A stretch of DNA of 32,000 nucleotides from Okeania sp. (GCF_035285525.1 NZ_JAYKGW010000108.1:1-32000); one strand, 5' to 3'. Positions 1 through 9,140 are shown, counted from the stretch's first letter. The notes: generated by a model not told the origin, from the letters alone. Numbers and translations: made by a program.

Positions 1-155
1 GGGGGCGGGTTTATTTCACTTTAGGAAAACTGCTTAACTCACTTGAAAAACCCGCCCTACTAATATGGGGGGCGGGTTTATTTCACTTTAGGAAAACTGC
101 TTAACTCACTTGAAAAACCCGCCCCTACTGATCCTGAAAAACCCCCCCTACTAAT
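1..155. repeat. Tandem ~66-bp hairpin repeat (2 units plus a partial third)
   Basis: Units 1-66 and 67-133 are near-identical by eye. Each begins GGGGGCGGGTTTATTTCAC and ends GAAAAACCCGCCC(C)TAC, so the unit ends are reverse complements. A partial third end, CTGAAAAACCCCCCCTAC, follows. Unit 1 may be cut by the window edge. Confidence 0.85.
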
Positions 156-300
156 TTTATCTCAAATCGGTTCTACAGGAAATTTAAGCCTTCTTCGTTC
201 TTCCTTCTTCTCCCTTACCCTGATAACTTTTTTCCTAAACCAATAGTTTTTATGACAATTATGTGAGACCTTAATAACAGTTATTTAAGGAAAATTATCT

Positions 301-1152
301 ATGTCTAACCCTGGACAATATCAAACTTACACCCTTTCTGATGAATCAACTCAGTCTGAAGTCCTAGTTGTTCCTGAAAGAGGAGGGGTTGTTACTGACT
401 GGCGCATTCAAGACCAAAAAGTATTTTATATGGATGAAGAACGTTTTGCCGATCCTACTCTTTCAGTGCGTGGTGGTATTCCTCTATTATTTCCTATTTG
501 TGGCAACTTGCCTGATGATACCTACACCCTAGATGGAGAAACTTACAAACTGAACCAACATGGTTTTGCTCGTAGTCTTCCTTGGGAAGTTACACAACAA
601 GAAAATGGTACAAGTATGACTGTGACTCTCCGCAGTAATGAGCAAACTTTAGCAGGATATCCATTTAATTTTGAGTTAAATTATACCTATATTTTACGGG
701 GTAATACTCTAGAATTACGATATGCTCACACTAATTTATCGGAAAAACCTATGCCGTTTTCTACAGGTATTCATCCTTATTTTGCTGTGAGTGATAAGAC
801 TCAATTAGAGTTTGATTTACCTTCAAATAAATATCAACTCAAAGGCGACCAAACTATTAATACTTTTGCTGGAGACTTTGATTTTAATGCCGAAGAAATT
901 GATTGGGCGTTTATTAATTTGTCAAAACAATCAGCAGTAGTTACTGATAAAAGTCGGAATTTAAAGTTAACTATTAACTACGATAGTAATTATTCAACTT
1001 TAGTTTTTTGGACGGTAAAAGGTAAAGATTTTTATTGTTTAGAACCTTGGACTGGTCCTCGGAATGCAATGAATACTGGCACACATTTATTAATTGCTGA
1101 ACCTGGTAAAACTGTGGAAACAGTAATTAGTATGACAGCAAAATTGGGTTGA
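301..1152 (+). CDS. Aldose 1-epimerase (galactose mutarotase-like) family protein
   Basis: 283-aa ORF with family-typical motifs GGIPLLFPICG, HGFAR and GIHPYF. AAGGA at 287-291 lies upstream of the ATG. Confidence 0.8.
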   Translation: MSNPGQYQTYTLSDESTQSEVLVVPERGGVVTDWRIQDQKVFYMDEERFADPTLSVRGGIPLLFPICGNLPDDTYTLDGETYKLNQHGFARSLPWEVTQQENGTSMTVTLRSNEQTLAGYPFNFELNYTYILRGNTLELRYAHTNLSEKPMPFSTGIHPYFAVSDKTQLEFDLPSNKYQLKGDQTINTFAGDFDFNAEEIDWAFINLSKQSAVVTDKSRNLKLTINYDSNYSTLVFWTVKGKDFYCLEPWTGPRNAMNTGTHLLIAEPGKTVETVISMTAKLG

Positions 1153-1160
1153 TTTTAATA

Positions 1161-1206
1161 GGAGTTACGCAAAGAAACCCGGTTTCTACCCTCGTACCGG
1201 GTTTCT
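1161..1206. repeat. Truncated CAGGACTTAC-family MITE fragment forming an 11-bp-stem hairpin between convergent genes (possible bidirectional terminator)
   Basis: GGAGTTACGCAAAGAAACCCGGT...ACCGGGTTTCT resembles the left end plus core of the MITEs at 21044, 22095 and 26468. Arms are 1173-1183 and 1196-1206. No right terminal repeat is present. Confidence 0.5.
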
Positions 1207-1282
1207 TATAACACTTCCTTTATTAACAAATTGAATATCAATTAGGGTTTAGTGACAGGCAAGATGCCTGTGTTACACATTT

Positions 1283-2338
1283 CTATAAACTAGAAGCACG
1301 AATGGCTGCACCAATTAATCCTACTTGAGGATTTAACACTATATGAACAGGCACTTTTTCTAATAATACTCTCATTCGTCCCTTACTTTTAAAAGCTTCC
1401 ATAAAACTGCCTGACTTCATTAGCGGGAGAATTTTAGCAGCGATACCTCCTGCTACATATAAACCACCATAAGGTAAAAGTTTCAATGCTAAATTTCCTG
1501 CTTCTGCTCCATAAGCTGACACAAACATCTCCAAAGTTTGCTCACATAAGCGATCGCTCTTTTCTAAGGCAGCTTTCCCAATAACTGCTCCTGGATCTAC
1601 AGTAATTTCATTTGAACCAACTTCTTTTTCCCACTGTCTGACTAGATCGCCTATTTCTACAGATTCTGTGGCAGATTGGCGATCGCGTAAAAATTGATAA
1701 ATTGCCACTATTCCCATTCCGGAAACTACCCTTTCCACAGATATTCTGTCTAGGTTATGCTTTGCCAACAAATATTGTAATAGTTGAAATTCTAATTCAG
1801 AGCGGGGTGCAAAATCTGTATGACCTCCTTCTGTGGCATAAACTTTAATTTCCTTGGCTCCGCGAATCAAAAAACATTCTCCTAATCCTGTACCAGCACC
1901 AAGTACAGCTATGGGAGCGTCAGGTTGAAGTTCTCCTGGTTGTAGAGTTTCCAAGTCATCAGCGGTTAAACCCAAAATTCCATAACCTATGGCGGCAAAA
2001 TCATTAATTAAACTAATTTGAGATATGTCTAATTCTTTTTCCATCTGTTTTCCATCGAGCATCCAAGGGAGATTGGTTAATTTGACTGTATTGTTGACAA
2101 CTGGTCCAGCAATGGCAAAACAGGCTTTTTCTGGTTGTTGTGTTTCTCCTAATTTTTCGGTTGCTTCTGACAGAAACATTTTGACTATCGGTACTAAGTC
2201 GGGAAAATTTTGACTAGAGTAACTATTATCATAGAGATTTTGCAGTTTTACCCCAGCTTTTGATTCATCTGGTTGTGCTTCTACTAATTGGAGTATGGTT
2301 TTAGTACCGCCAATATCACCAGCTAATAATAATGTCAT
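1283..2338 (-). CDS. glk: Glucokinase
   Basis: 351-aa ORF with N-terminal LLAGDIGGTKT phosphate-binding motif and Glk-family length and architecture (GAGTGLG, GGHTDFAP, VAGGIA). Confidence 0.9.
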   Translation of the reverse strand: MTLLLAGDIGGTKTILQLVEAQPDESKAGVKLQNLYDNSYSSQNFPDLVPIVKMFLSEATEKLGETQQPEKACFAIAGPVVNNTVKLTNLPWMLDGKQMEKELDISQISLINDFAAIGYGILGLTADDLETLQPGELQPDAPIAVLGAGTGLGECFLIRGAKEIKVYATEGGHTDFAPRSELEFQLLQYLLAKHNLDRISVERVVSGMGIVAIYQFLRDRQSATESVEIGDLVRQWEKEVGSNEITVDPGAVIGKAALEKSDRLCEQTLEMFVSAYGAEAGNLALKLLPYGGLYVAGGIAAKILPLMKSGSFMEAFKSKGRMRVLLEKVPVHIVLNPQVGLIGAAIRASSL

Positions 2339-2446
2339 AAATTATATCCTTTTGAGTAACTATTTCAATTTTATTGTCATATTTTGTTTAGTTACATATT
2401 TTTTCACAAATCATTTAGAATTGTCATAAATCAGTTATTCAATTTA

Positions 2447-2707
2447 ATGATGAATATTAGTTTGAGTCCTGAACAAGAAAAATTTATTTAATCCCAGATT
2501 ATTAAGAGCAAATATGTCAATGTTCAACAGGCGATCGATTCAGCTTTAAAATTGTTGGCAAAACAAGAGGCTATTCCTAGACAATTAGAGGGAAAATTAA
2601 GTTATCAACTTGATGATTTAGCAGGAGTTGGGAATGAAGCTGATGAAATTGAATTTTTAGAGAATACAAAGCCTTTTAGAGAGATTGAGACAAATTCATG
2701 GAAATAA
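2447..2707 (+). pseudogene. ParD-like type II antitoxin, interrupted by an in-frame TAA at 2489-2491
   Basis: Hand translation gives MMNISLSPEQEKFI*SQIIKSKYVNVQQAIDSALKLLAKQE..., matching the ParD/COG3609 N-terminal pattern. The 3' end overlaps the next ORF start by 10 nt (ATGGAAATAA), as in toxin-antitoxin operons. Confidence 0.65.
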
Positions 2708-2859
2708 AGCTAATTTTATTAGATACTAATGCTTATGATATATGGATTCCAGCTACAGGATTACAGCACGATTTAGCATTGTTTAGTTATGACAAAAATT
2801 TTCAAAATGTAGATGGATTAACTTCAGGTACTTGTCGATATGATTTGATAGTTAAATAA
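2698..2859 (+). pseudogene. PIN-domain (VapC-like) toxin remnant with a large internal deletion
   Basis: The 53-aa product MEIKLILLDTNAY...ATGLQHDLALFSYDKNFQNV joins the N-terminal LLDTN acidic motif directly to the C-terminal region (A..L.LvT.D..F). About 80 aa of a normal PIN domain is missing. Confidence 0.6.
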
Positions 2860-2992
2860 GTTCTTTTTCTGATAGATAGAATCAAAAAAAAAGATGATAT
2901 TTTAGATGAAATGAAGAGCGATCGCTCAAATTATTTACAGAAATTACGCATAAACTAGCGATCGCCTTTTCTCCTAAATTATCGAGGGTTCT

Positions 2993-3820
2993 TTATTCTT
3001 CCTTATTTCTGTTTTCAGTTAATTTTACTAATCGTTGAACTTCCTCCAAAGGTAAATCTAAATATTCAGCAATAGTTTCTAAGGTTAAGCCTAAACGCAT
3101 CATATTAGATACAGATTTTAAGTTAGCTTCATCTTTGCCTTTAGCTTCGCCTTCATCTTTACCTTCAGCAAAAGCTTCTTGATAGACTTTAGTTTTTTTC
3201 AATTCACTTAAACCTAACATGGCTTCAATCTCCTTTCTAGTTTTTTGAGGTAATTTATAAACGACAATTGTTTGAATTAGATTAATTAAATCTGCTTGAA
3301 TCTTTGGCTGAATAATTTCTTCTTGAGCTTGAGAAATTAAAGATTTAGCCAAATTAACCGCTTGAGTTTCTGGCTCAATTACCAGTTTAACAACTCCTAC
3401 TCCTAATGAACCACTGACAGTTTCTGACAATTCGTTTAAATAAATCCGTTGGACTTGACTTGAGGCTAAAATATTGCCAAAGTGCTGATTGTGTTCCCTT
3501 TCGATACTACGACTGGGATAAATAACAACTACTTGCCAAGGATTGGGGATTTTATATTGTCGTAAAAAGAGAAATAATTCGGCAAATATACGATAATAGA
3601 GGTCATCATCTGGTTGAAATTGGACTTCAACTAGGTAAAAAGGTTTGTTAGGGTTGTTGTCTGTTGGTAAGAATAAACCATCTAAACGAAAAGACAATTG
3701 TTTGACTTCGCGGGAGGTAAATTCATAAGTTTGAGTCTTGGTATTGGGTTGGTTAATTAGTTCAAAGAAAAATTCCGGAAATTCCAGAAATATTTGATAG
3801 AAAATACTGTCTGTTTTCAC
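2993..3820 (-). CDS. Rpn-family / DUF2887-type PD-(D/E)XK putative nuclease
   Basis: 275 aa. N-terminus is KTDSIFYQIF, with the D...EVQFQ nuclease-like motif (RLDGLFLP...FYLVEVQFQ) typical of the cyanobacterial Rpn/DUF2887 family. The C-terminus has a charged linker and a helical tail. Confidence 0.7.
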   Translation of the reverse strand: MKTDSIFYQIFLEFPEFFFELINQPNTKTQTYEFTSREVKQLSFRLDGLFLPTDNNPNKPFYLVEVQFQPDDDLYYRIFAELFLFLRQYKIPNPWQVVVIYPSRSIEREHNQHFGNILASSQVQRIYLNELSETVSGSLGVGVVKLVIEPETQAVNLAKSLISQAQEEIIQPKIQADLINLIQTIVVYKLPQKTRKEIEAMLGLSELKKTKVYQEAFAEGKDEGEAKGKDEANLKSVSNMMRLGLTLETIAEYLDLPLEEVQRLVKLTENRNKEE

Positions 3821-3982
3821 AATATTTATAGTTGATTGGCAGTAGAAATATTTTACTTTTTTTTTGAAAAATTATGAAATAAATTAATTTGTTATTCATC
3901 TATCATTACCTAGATAAGTTTTTGTTGGGTTGCGAGATACCCTTAACCCAACCTACTAAATTTAGACAAAACTTATGGATAA

Positions 3983-4904
3983 CTAAAGTTCTTCTTTCTT
4001 TTCAGAATATAGTTTTTGCAACTCATCTGTTGAGGAAATATGGGGAATTTGAGAAACAATTTCCTCTAAAAATTTCATATTATTAATTGCAGAAACTTCC
4101 GATAATATTGCTATGGCTTCATCACCAAATTTTATTTTTAAACTCATTTCTATTGCTAATAATAATGCTTGTTTTAGTTGAGAAATTTCTGCATTTTTTT
4201 GGGAAATTTCCAAAATATTTTGAGAAATTTCTGCATTTTTTTGGGAAACTTCTGCGTTTTTTTGGGATATTTGAACATTTTTTTCTATTGCTAATTCATC
4301 CCCTGTTTTAATCAAATTTCCATCAGCATCACACCAACGCAACCAAGTATCATTAACATTTTCAAATACACCATTCCCAAGAGTTAATCCTAGATTTATA
4401 TCGGGAAATAAAGCATTATTTTTAGGAGTATAAAAAGTGCCTTGAAGTTGAAATATTTGTAGGAAAGTTTTACTTAGTTTTTGCAATGGTATCGTAGACA
4501 ACATAATAAGGAATTCGTAACTTAGCATAGTCTGTTAATTTACTTCCTAATTCATTGCCTGAGGTGGGAGAAACAATTTCAATTACTACATCTGGAGATT
4601 TGCCAAATTCCCAGAATAAATAAGAGCGAACATTACGTTTCCACCATTTTTCTCCACCAGGAATATTCAAGCTTAAAAACACATCAGGTACAATTCCTGA
4701 ATCTCCGACATAAGAGAATAAACCTACATTAGCAGCAACAATAAAAGGAACATTTATTGGTATTTCAGTACCACTATAAAATACAGTTGTAAGTAAACGT
4801 TGTTGTTTTTCATTAATGAAACTATCCAAGGGAGTATCATCCTCCAGAATCATATTACTGGTGTCTGGATATTCATAAGGCATAACTGTCAATTTTTGTG
4901 ACAT
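3983..4904 (-). pseudogene. Uma2-family (DUF820) endonuclease fused to a coiled-coil and DUF4351-like tail, frameshifted by a 1-nt insertion near 4490
   Basis: The 4470-4904 ORF ends ...RIPYYVVYDTIAKTK*. The overlapping 3983-4528 frame continues ...PLQKLSKTFLQIFQLQGTFY...WLRWCDADGNLIKTGDE. Deleting one base in GAT-A-CC (plus-strand T at ~4490) restores YVVYDPLQKLSK, the Uma2 consensus DP. Confidence 0.75.
4178..4270 (-). repeat. In-frame 21-bp tandem coding repeat ((I/V)SQKNAE x ~4) inside the Uma2 tail
   Basis: The protein reads ISQKNAEVSQKNAEISQNILEISQKNAEISQ. At nucleotide level GAGAAATTTCTGCATTTTTTTGGGAAA recurs on the plus strand. Confidence 0.85.
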
Positions 4905-4920
4905 AATTATTTATTTAAAA

Positions 4921-5055
4921 CAGGACTTACCCATGCGCAACGCAATTTTGTCCGATATGAGCGACAGCGTTTTGCTCCGCGACATGAATGGGTCGCAGTT
5001 CATCAGGATAGCAATCTCAAACCCCTATTTTTCGTACCTCATGGCTTTAGTCCTA
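4921..5055. mobile_element. MITE, CAGGACTTAC-terminus family (135 bp, GC-richer core)
   Basis: Ends are CAGGACTTAC... and ...CTTTAGTCCTA (inverted). A perfect 5-bp direct duplication TAAAA sits at 4916-4920 and 5056-5060. Confidence 0.8.
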
Positions 5056-5070
5056 TAAAAATTACTTAAT

Positions 5071-5161
5071 CAGGACTTACGCAAACGCACTATATATAGA
5101 GTTCCAAAACTATTGTATAATAGTTTTAAGCGCTATATGTAGAGTCACTGCGTAAGTCTTA
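5071..5161. mobile_element. MITE, same family (91 bp, palindromic ACTATATATAGAG...CTATATGTAGAG core)
   Basis: Ends are CAGGACTTACGCA and TGCGTAAGTCTTA. TSD TTAAT at 5066-5070 and 5162-5166. The core is homologous to the copy at 15274-15364. Confidence 0.85.
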
Positions 5162-5168
5162 TTAATAT

Positions 5169-5268
5169 CAGGACTTACGCAGAAACTAGGTTTATCAACA
5201 AAATCTCGTGGTTTGAACTGAACCCAGAAACCCGGTTTCTCGTAGAAACCGGGTTTCTTTGCGTCCTA
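5169..5268. mobile_element. MITE, same family (100 bp, AAACCCGGTTT-type core)
   Basis: The left end is CAGGACTTACGCA. The right end, TGCGTCCTA, lacks 3 nt. TSD AATAT at 5164-5168 and 5269-5273, overlapping the TSD of the neighbouring copy. Confidence 0.8.
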
Positions 5269-5338
5269 AATATATTATAAATGATAACCTGTAAATAGTT
5301 TTAGCGGAGCCTAAGGGTAGCTATATTGCCTTTTTGAC

Positions 5339-8300
5339 TTAATAATTAAAGCCTTTTCTTTCTTGCTTATTTCTGCTCCCAAAACTCGCCATCAGTAAAT
5401 AACAACAGGGAACTAAATATAGCGCCACAAGTGTCGCACCACCCACACCACCAGCGATCGCTATTGCTAAAGGAGGCCAAAAGCTACCACCTTCTATCAA
5501 CAAAGGAACAAACCCGATCATTGTAGTTAAGGTTGTCGCAACCACATGACGAGTGGAACCTATAACCACTTGACGAACAGCTCGACGGTTGCCTGTTGAT
5601 GCTTCTTCGTCTTCCAAAATGGCAGCTAAAACTACTACTGAGTCATTAATGGCGACTCCCACTAAACCAAATGTACCGATGAGACTGGTAAAACCGAAAG
5701 GATAGCCAAATAACCACAGACTGAAAAACCCTAAACCAATAGCACAAATAGCAACTCCCCCAATAATGGCAGTTGCTCGAAAAGAATTTAAGGATAATAC
5801 CAAAATTGAAGCTGCTAACAAAAAGGTAAGAGGTAGGGTAGCAAACAAACCAGATTCTGCATCACCTTGTTTTTCTGATTCTCCAGCAACTTCCAACCAA
5901 TACCCGGATGGTAGTTCAAAGTTGGCATCATTTAACCTTTGTTGCCACCCCTGTAAAACTTCGGATGGTAAAATTCCAGCAGCAATAAAACCTTGAATGG
6001 AATTTATCCGTTTGCCATTACGTCTTTTAATAACGGAAAATTGTGGCTTTAATTCTACTTCTGCTAATGCTGAAAAAGGTATTGTATTAGTTGTACTAAA
6101 TCGGTTTTGGTTTAGACTCGAACCTGTTGGTTGTAAGTCTAAAGATGTAATTTGATTAATGTCTCCCCGTTGAAAATTTGATACTCGCACTCGCACTGGT
6201 ATTTCTTCAGTATCTTCAATTATTGAACCTCCTAAATTTCCCTCTAATGAAGTTTGTAATTGTTGGGAAAGGGATGTAGAATCTAATCCTGCTAAACGAA
6301 CTTCTTCTTCATCTATTTGTAGTGATAATTGAGGTCGAATTTCGCTTAAAGTTTCACGGGTATGAGTTACATTAGGAACTTGCACTAAAAGACTTCTTAC
6401 TTGTTCTCCTAATTCTTGTAAACTCTTTAAATTAGGACCATAAATTCTGATTTCTACTGGTGCATCAAAAGGAGGTCCTTGTTCTAATTTTCTAACCAAA
6501 ACTTGAGCTTCAGGAAATGCAGTATCAACTTCTGCTTGGAGTGCATTAACAAATTCTGATTTAGCAGTTAAATTTAACTGTAAAAATCCTTGAGCGTAAT
6601 TTGTCGCTTCTCTACCTGCTGTTATGTTGTAATAATATCGAGGAGAACTACGTCCTAAAAACCATTGTACTTCTTCAATTTCTGGATGTTTTAATAATAA
6701 GTTTCTGACTTCTATAGCCGTATTTTTAGTTTTTTCAATGGAGGTTAAACCAGGTAATTCTAATTCTATTTGTACTTGGTCTCTATCTACTTGAGGAAAG
6801 AATTGTTTGGGGAGATTGCTAACTTGAATTAAACCAATTATTGGTAAAATTAAGCCCAACAATATTCCCAACAAAGGAATGCTAAATATACTTCTTATAC
6901 TGAATTGATAAACTTCAGCTAAAAAAGAATTTGTAAACCCAGTTTGCCACCATTTTTGTTGATTATTTTGGGAATAATGATGATTATTATTGTATAATTT
7001 TCCTGCTAAACCAGAACCTACTGTTAGAGACAATATTAAAGAAGAAATAACAGCTAAAATTACACTAACGCCAATAGTACCAACAAATTCTCCAGAGTTA
7101 CCAGGCAACAATACAACTGGTAAAAAAGCCAAAGCAGTAGTCAAAGTTGATGCTGTTAATGGCATAAATAAATGATTAATTGCCTTATTAATAGCAGCTT
7201 CAGGTTTTAATCCAGAAATTACATTTTTATGAACTTCATCAACTACAATAATTGCTGTATCAATCAATAATCCTAAAGCTACGATTAATCCAGTTATTGA
7301 CATTTGATGTAGAGGAACATTGAGAAATTTCATCATTCCTAAAACCATACAACTTGATAAAGGTAATGCCAAACCTACAACAATTGCTGATTTCCAACCC
7401 ATTAAAAATACAGTAATTCCAAATACTAGAATTCCACTCATTAATAGATTCAACATCAGACTTTGTAAACGGGTATCAATATAATTACTTTGATTAAAAA
7501 TAATCTCCAGTTTCAGACCTTTACCTAACTCTTTACGGAATTTTTCTATAACTGTTTCTGCTGATTTTGCCCAGAGATCTATTTGATAATCGGAATTAAC
7601 AAATACAGCTAAACTTGAAGCCGGATGACCATTAATTAATGCTAGTTCCCTGGGTGGTTCAGTAATTGTTTTTCTAACTTCAGCAATATTGCTAAGTCGA
7701 GTAAACTGCCCTTGGTTACTAAAACTAATGGGAATATTTTTAATCCGTTCTAAGGAATCTAAATCTGCATCAACCTCTAGGAGTAAATCATTATTTTGAC
7801 CGCGAAATTGACCGGAAGAAACTTTAGCATCGCTCTGTTTAATTTGTGCTGATAATTGTTGGGGAGTAATACCAATACTAGCTAATTGAGTTGCATCAAT
7901 TTCTACTAATATTTCTTCTTGAGGATTACCAATTTCCGCGATTTTTTTTGTTCCTGGTAATTCTAATAATTCATCTTTTAATAATTCAGATAAACGGGTA
8001 ATAATTGCATAATTAGGTTCAGTATCTTGCTCCCAAATCAAAGAGATAATCATCGCATAAGCCTTAGCTTCAAGTTCCTCTAATTGTGGCTTAGTTGCAT
8101 CAACAGGTAATTGAGTAACTTGATTTAATCGCTCTCTAATTTTTAACCAAACTGTATCCGCATCTGTTTCTTCAACTGAATCTAATAATTCAATATTAAT
8201 AATTGAAGTTCCTACCTGAGAGCTTGAATAGTAGTCTTTTATTTCTTCAATTTCAGATATTTCTGATTCTATTTTTTCTGTGATTAATGTTTCTACTCGT

Positions 8301-8464
8301 TCAGCATCAGCTCCCGGCCAAAAAGTTGTGATAACGGCAATGCGAGAAGTTAATTCTGGGTCTTCGAGTCGTGGCAATGTGAAAAAGGATGATATTCCCC
8401 AGGCAATAATTATTATAATTGCCAGTATTAATAATCGGAAATTTCGATAAAATAAAGTAGCCAT
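5339..8464 (-). CDS. RND-family efflux transporter permease (AcrB/HAE-like)
   Basis: 1041 aa. Two large hydrophilic loops alternate with TM clusters. RND-typical segments are present: GLLIDTAIIVVDEV and GLVGVAINDSVVVL. Confidence 0.9.
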   Translation of the reverse strand: MATLFYRNFRLLILAIIIIIAWGISSFFTLPRLEDPELTSRIAVITTFWPGADAERVETLITEKIESEISEIEEIKDYYSSSQVGTSIINIELLDSVEETDADTVWLKIRERLNQVTQLPVDATKPQLEELEAKAYAMIISLIWEQDTEPNYAIITRLSELLKDELLELPGTKKIAEIGNPQEEILVEIDATQLASIGITPQQLSAQIKQSDAKVSSGQFRGQNNDLLLEVDADLDSLERIKNIPISFSNQGQFTRLSNIAEVRKTITEPPRELALINGHPASSLAVFVNSDYQIDLWAKSAETVIEKFRKELGKGLKLEIIFNQSNYIDTRLQSLMLNLLMSGILVFGITVFLMGWKSAIVVGLALPLSSCMVLGMMKFLNVPLHQMSITGLIVALGLLIDTAIIVVDEVHKNVISGLKPEAAINKAINHLFMPLTASTLTTALAFLPVVLLPGNSGEFVGTIGVSVILAVISSLILSLTVGSGLAGKLYNNNHHYSQNNQQKWWQTGFTNSFLAEVYQFSIRSIFSIPLLGILLGLILPIIGLIQVSNLPKQFFPQVDRDQVQIELELPGLTSIEKTKNTAIEVRNLLLKHPEIEEVQWFLGRSSPRYYYNITAGREATNYAQGFLQLNLTAKSEFVNALQAEVDTAFPEAQVLVRKLEQGPPFDAPVEIRIYGPNLKSLQELGEQVRSLLVQVPNVTHTRETLSEIRPQLSLQIDEEEVRLAGLDSTSLSQQLQTSLEGNLGGSIIEDTEEIPVRVRVSNFQRGDINQITSLDLQPTGSSLNQNRFSTTNTIPFSALAEVELKPQFSVIKRRNGKRINSIQGFIAAGILPSEVLQGWQQRLNDANFELPSGYWLEVAGESEKQGDAESGLFATLPLTFLLAASILVLSLNSFRATAIIGGVAICAIGLGFFSLWLFGYPFGFTSLIGTFGLVGVAINDSVVVLAAILEDEEASTGNRRAVRQVVIGSTRHVVATTLTTMIGFVPLLIEGGSFWPPLAIAIAGGVGGATLVALYLVPCCYLLMASFGSRNKQERKGFNY

Positions 8465-8609
8465 TTTCAGTTATTAGTTTTTTTTGTTACTGATTTATAT
8501 TGCAGAAATCGCTATAGAAAAATGTAGAGGTTTGGATATTAAATCCCTACAATAAAATGTTACAATATAGGTAATAATTAAGCTATTAGCAGTCAGCAAG
8601 TGTTAAGGG

Positions 8610-8945
8610 ATAAAACTACCTAATGGACATCAAGCAGGCTTAGGAAATAAAATAGAGAACTATTGTCTTAATCCTAATCATCAAAAAGGTAAAAATCAAG
8701 CTACTCTTTTCCAAAATAAATTAGGAATTAATTTAAGTAATGCAAATATTCTTAAGGAGGCAATTAAATAAGCTGCTATTAATGAATCAGTTATTATTCG
8801 TAAAGTTAATGAGTATGGTATACACTATAACATGAAATTCTTTCTAAAAAACGATGTAGGAGAATCTTTAATCTTAGTCGCTTAGATAATTCGTTAAGGA
8901 GAAGATTTTCCTAGATTAACTAATTGTTATCCTGTCAATAAATGA
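8610..8945 (+). pseudogene. DUF6883-family protein remnant (no start codon, three in-frame stops)
   Basis: Hand translation gives IKLPNGHQAGLGNKIENYCLNPNHQKGKNQATLFQNKLGINLSN...EYGIHYNMKF...GEDFPRLTNCYPVNK, matching the DUF6883 pattern (YLLNP.H..G..KA.FF ... PRLVTAYP). Stops are at 8769, 8883 and 8895. ATA occupies the expected ATG position. Confidence 0.7.
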
Positions 8946-8954
8946 GGTATATTA

Positions 8955-9140
8955 ATGAACACATTCAAAGAATTAGATATCGTAGCTTTAACCCAAGATA
9001 GACAAACAACCCAGTTTGAAAAAGAAGCATCCATTATCTTATTTAAACGACAAGTGGGAACAATTGTTATGGAATATGATGACCAAGTATTTGAAGTTGA
9101 ATTTTCTAATTCTTTAAATTTTATTTTTTCCAGACATTAA
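8955..9140 (+). CDS. DUF4926-domain protein (possibly C-terminally degraded partner of the DUF6883 gene)
   Basis: 61 aa. FKELDIVALTQD and VGTIVMEYDDQVFEVEF match the DUF4926 pattern. It starts 10 nt after the DUF6883 remnant, the usual two-gene arrangement. The tail SNSLNFIFSRH looks atypical. Confidence 0.55.
   Translation: MNTFKELDIVALTQDRQTTQFEKEASIILFKRQVGTIVMEYDDQVFEVEFSNSLNFIFSRH

Noticed and set aside
1255-1271. Hairpin ACAGGCA-AGA-TGCCTGT as the glk terminator
   Set aside because: It has only a 7-bp stem and no U-run on the glk strand. It is too weak to call.
2025-2213. 62-aa ORF on the plus strand
   Set aside because: It lies entirely antisense within the well-supported glucokinase gene and has low-complexity composition. 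It is most likely a shadow ORF.
301-2338. Aldose epimerase + glucokinase as a sugar operon
   Set aside because: The genes are convergent (plus and minus strands) with a hairpin between them, so they cannot be co-transcribed. Any functional link is speculative.
3889-4311. Two plus-strand ORFs (65 aa and 74 aa)
   Set aside because: Both are antisense to the Uma2 gene tail. The 74-aa ORF merely mirrors the 21-bp coding repeat (FLHFFGKF repeated), and I recognise no family.
5766-7175. Plus-strand ORFs 5766-5996 and 6990-7175
   Set aside because: Both are antisense inside the RND permease gene, whose own frame has clear family motifs.
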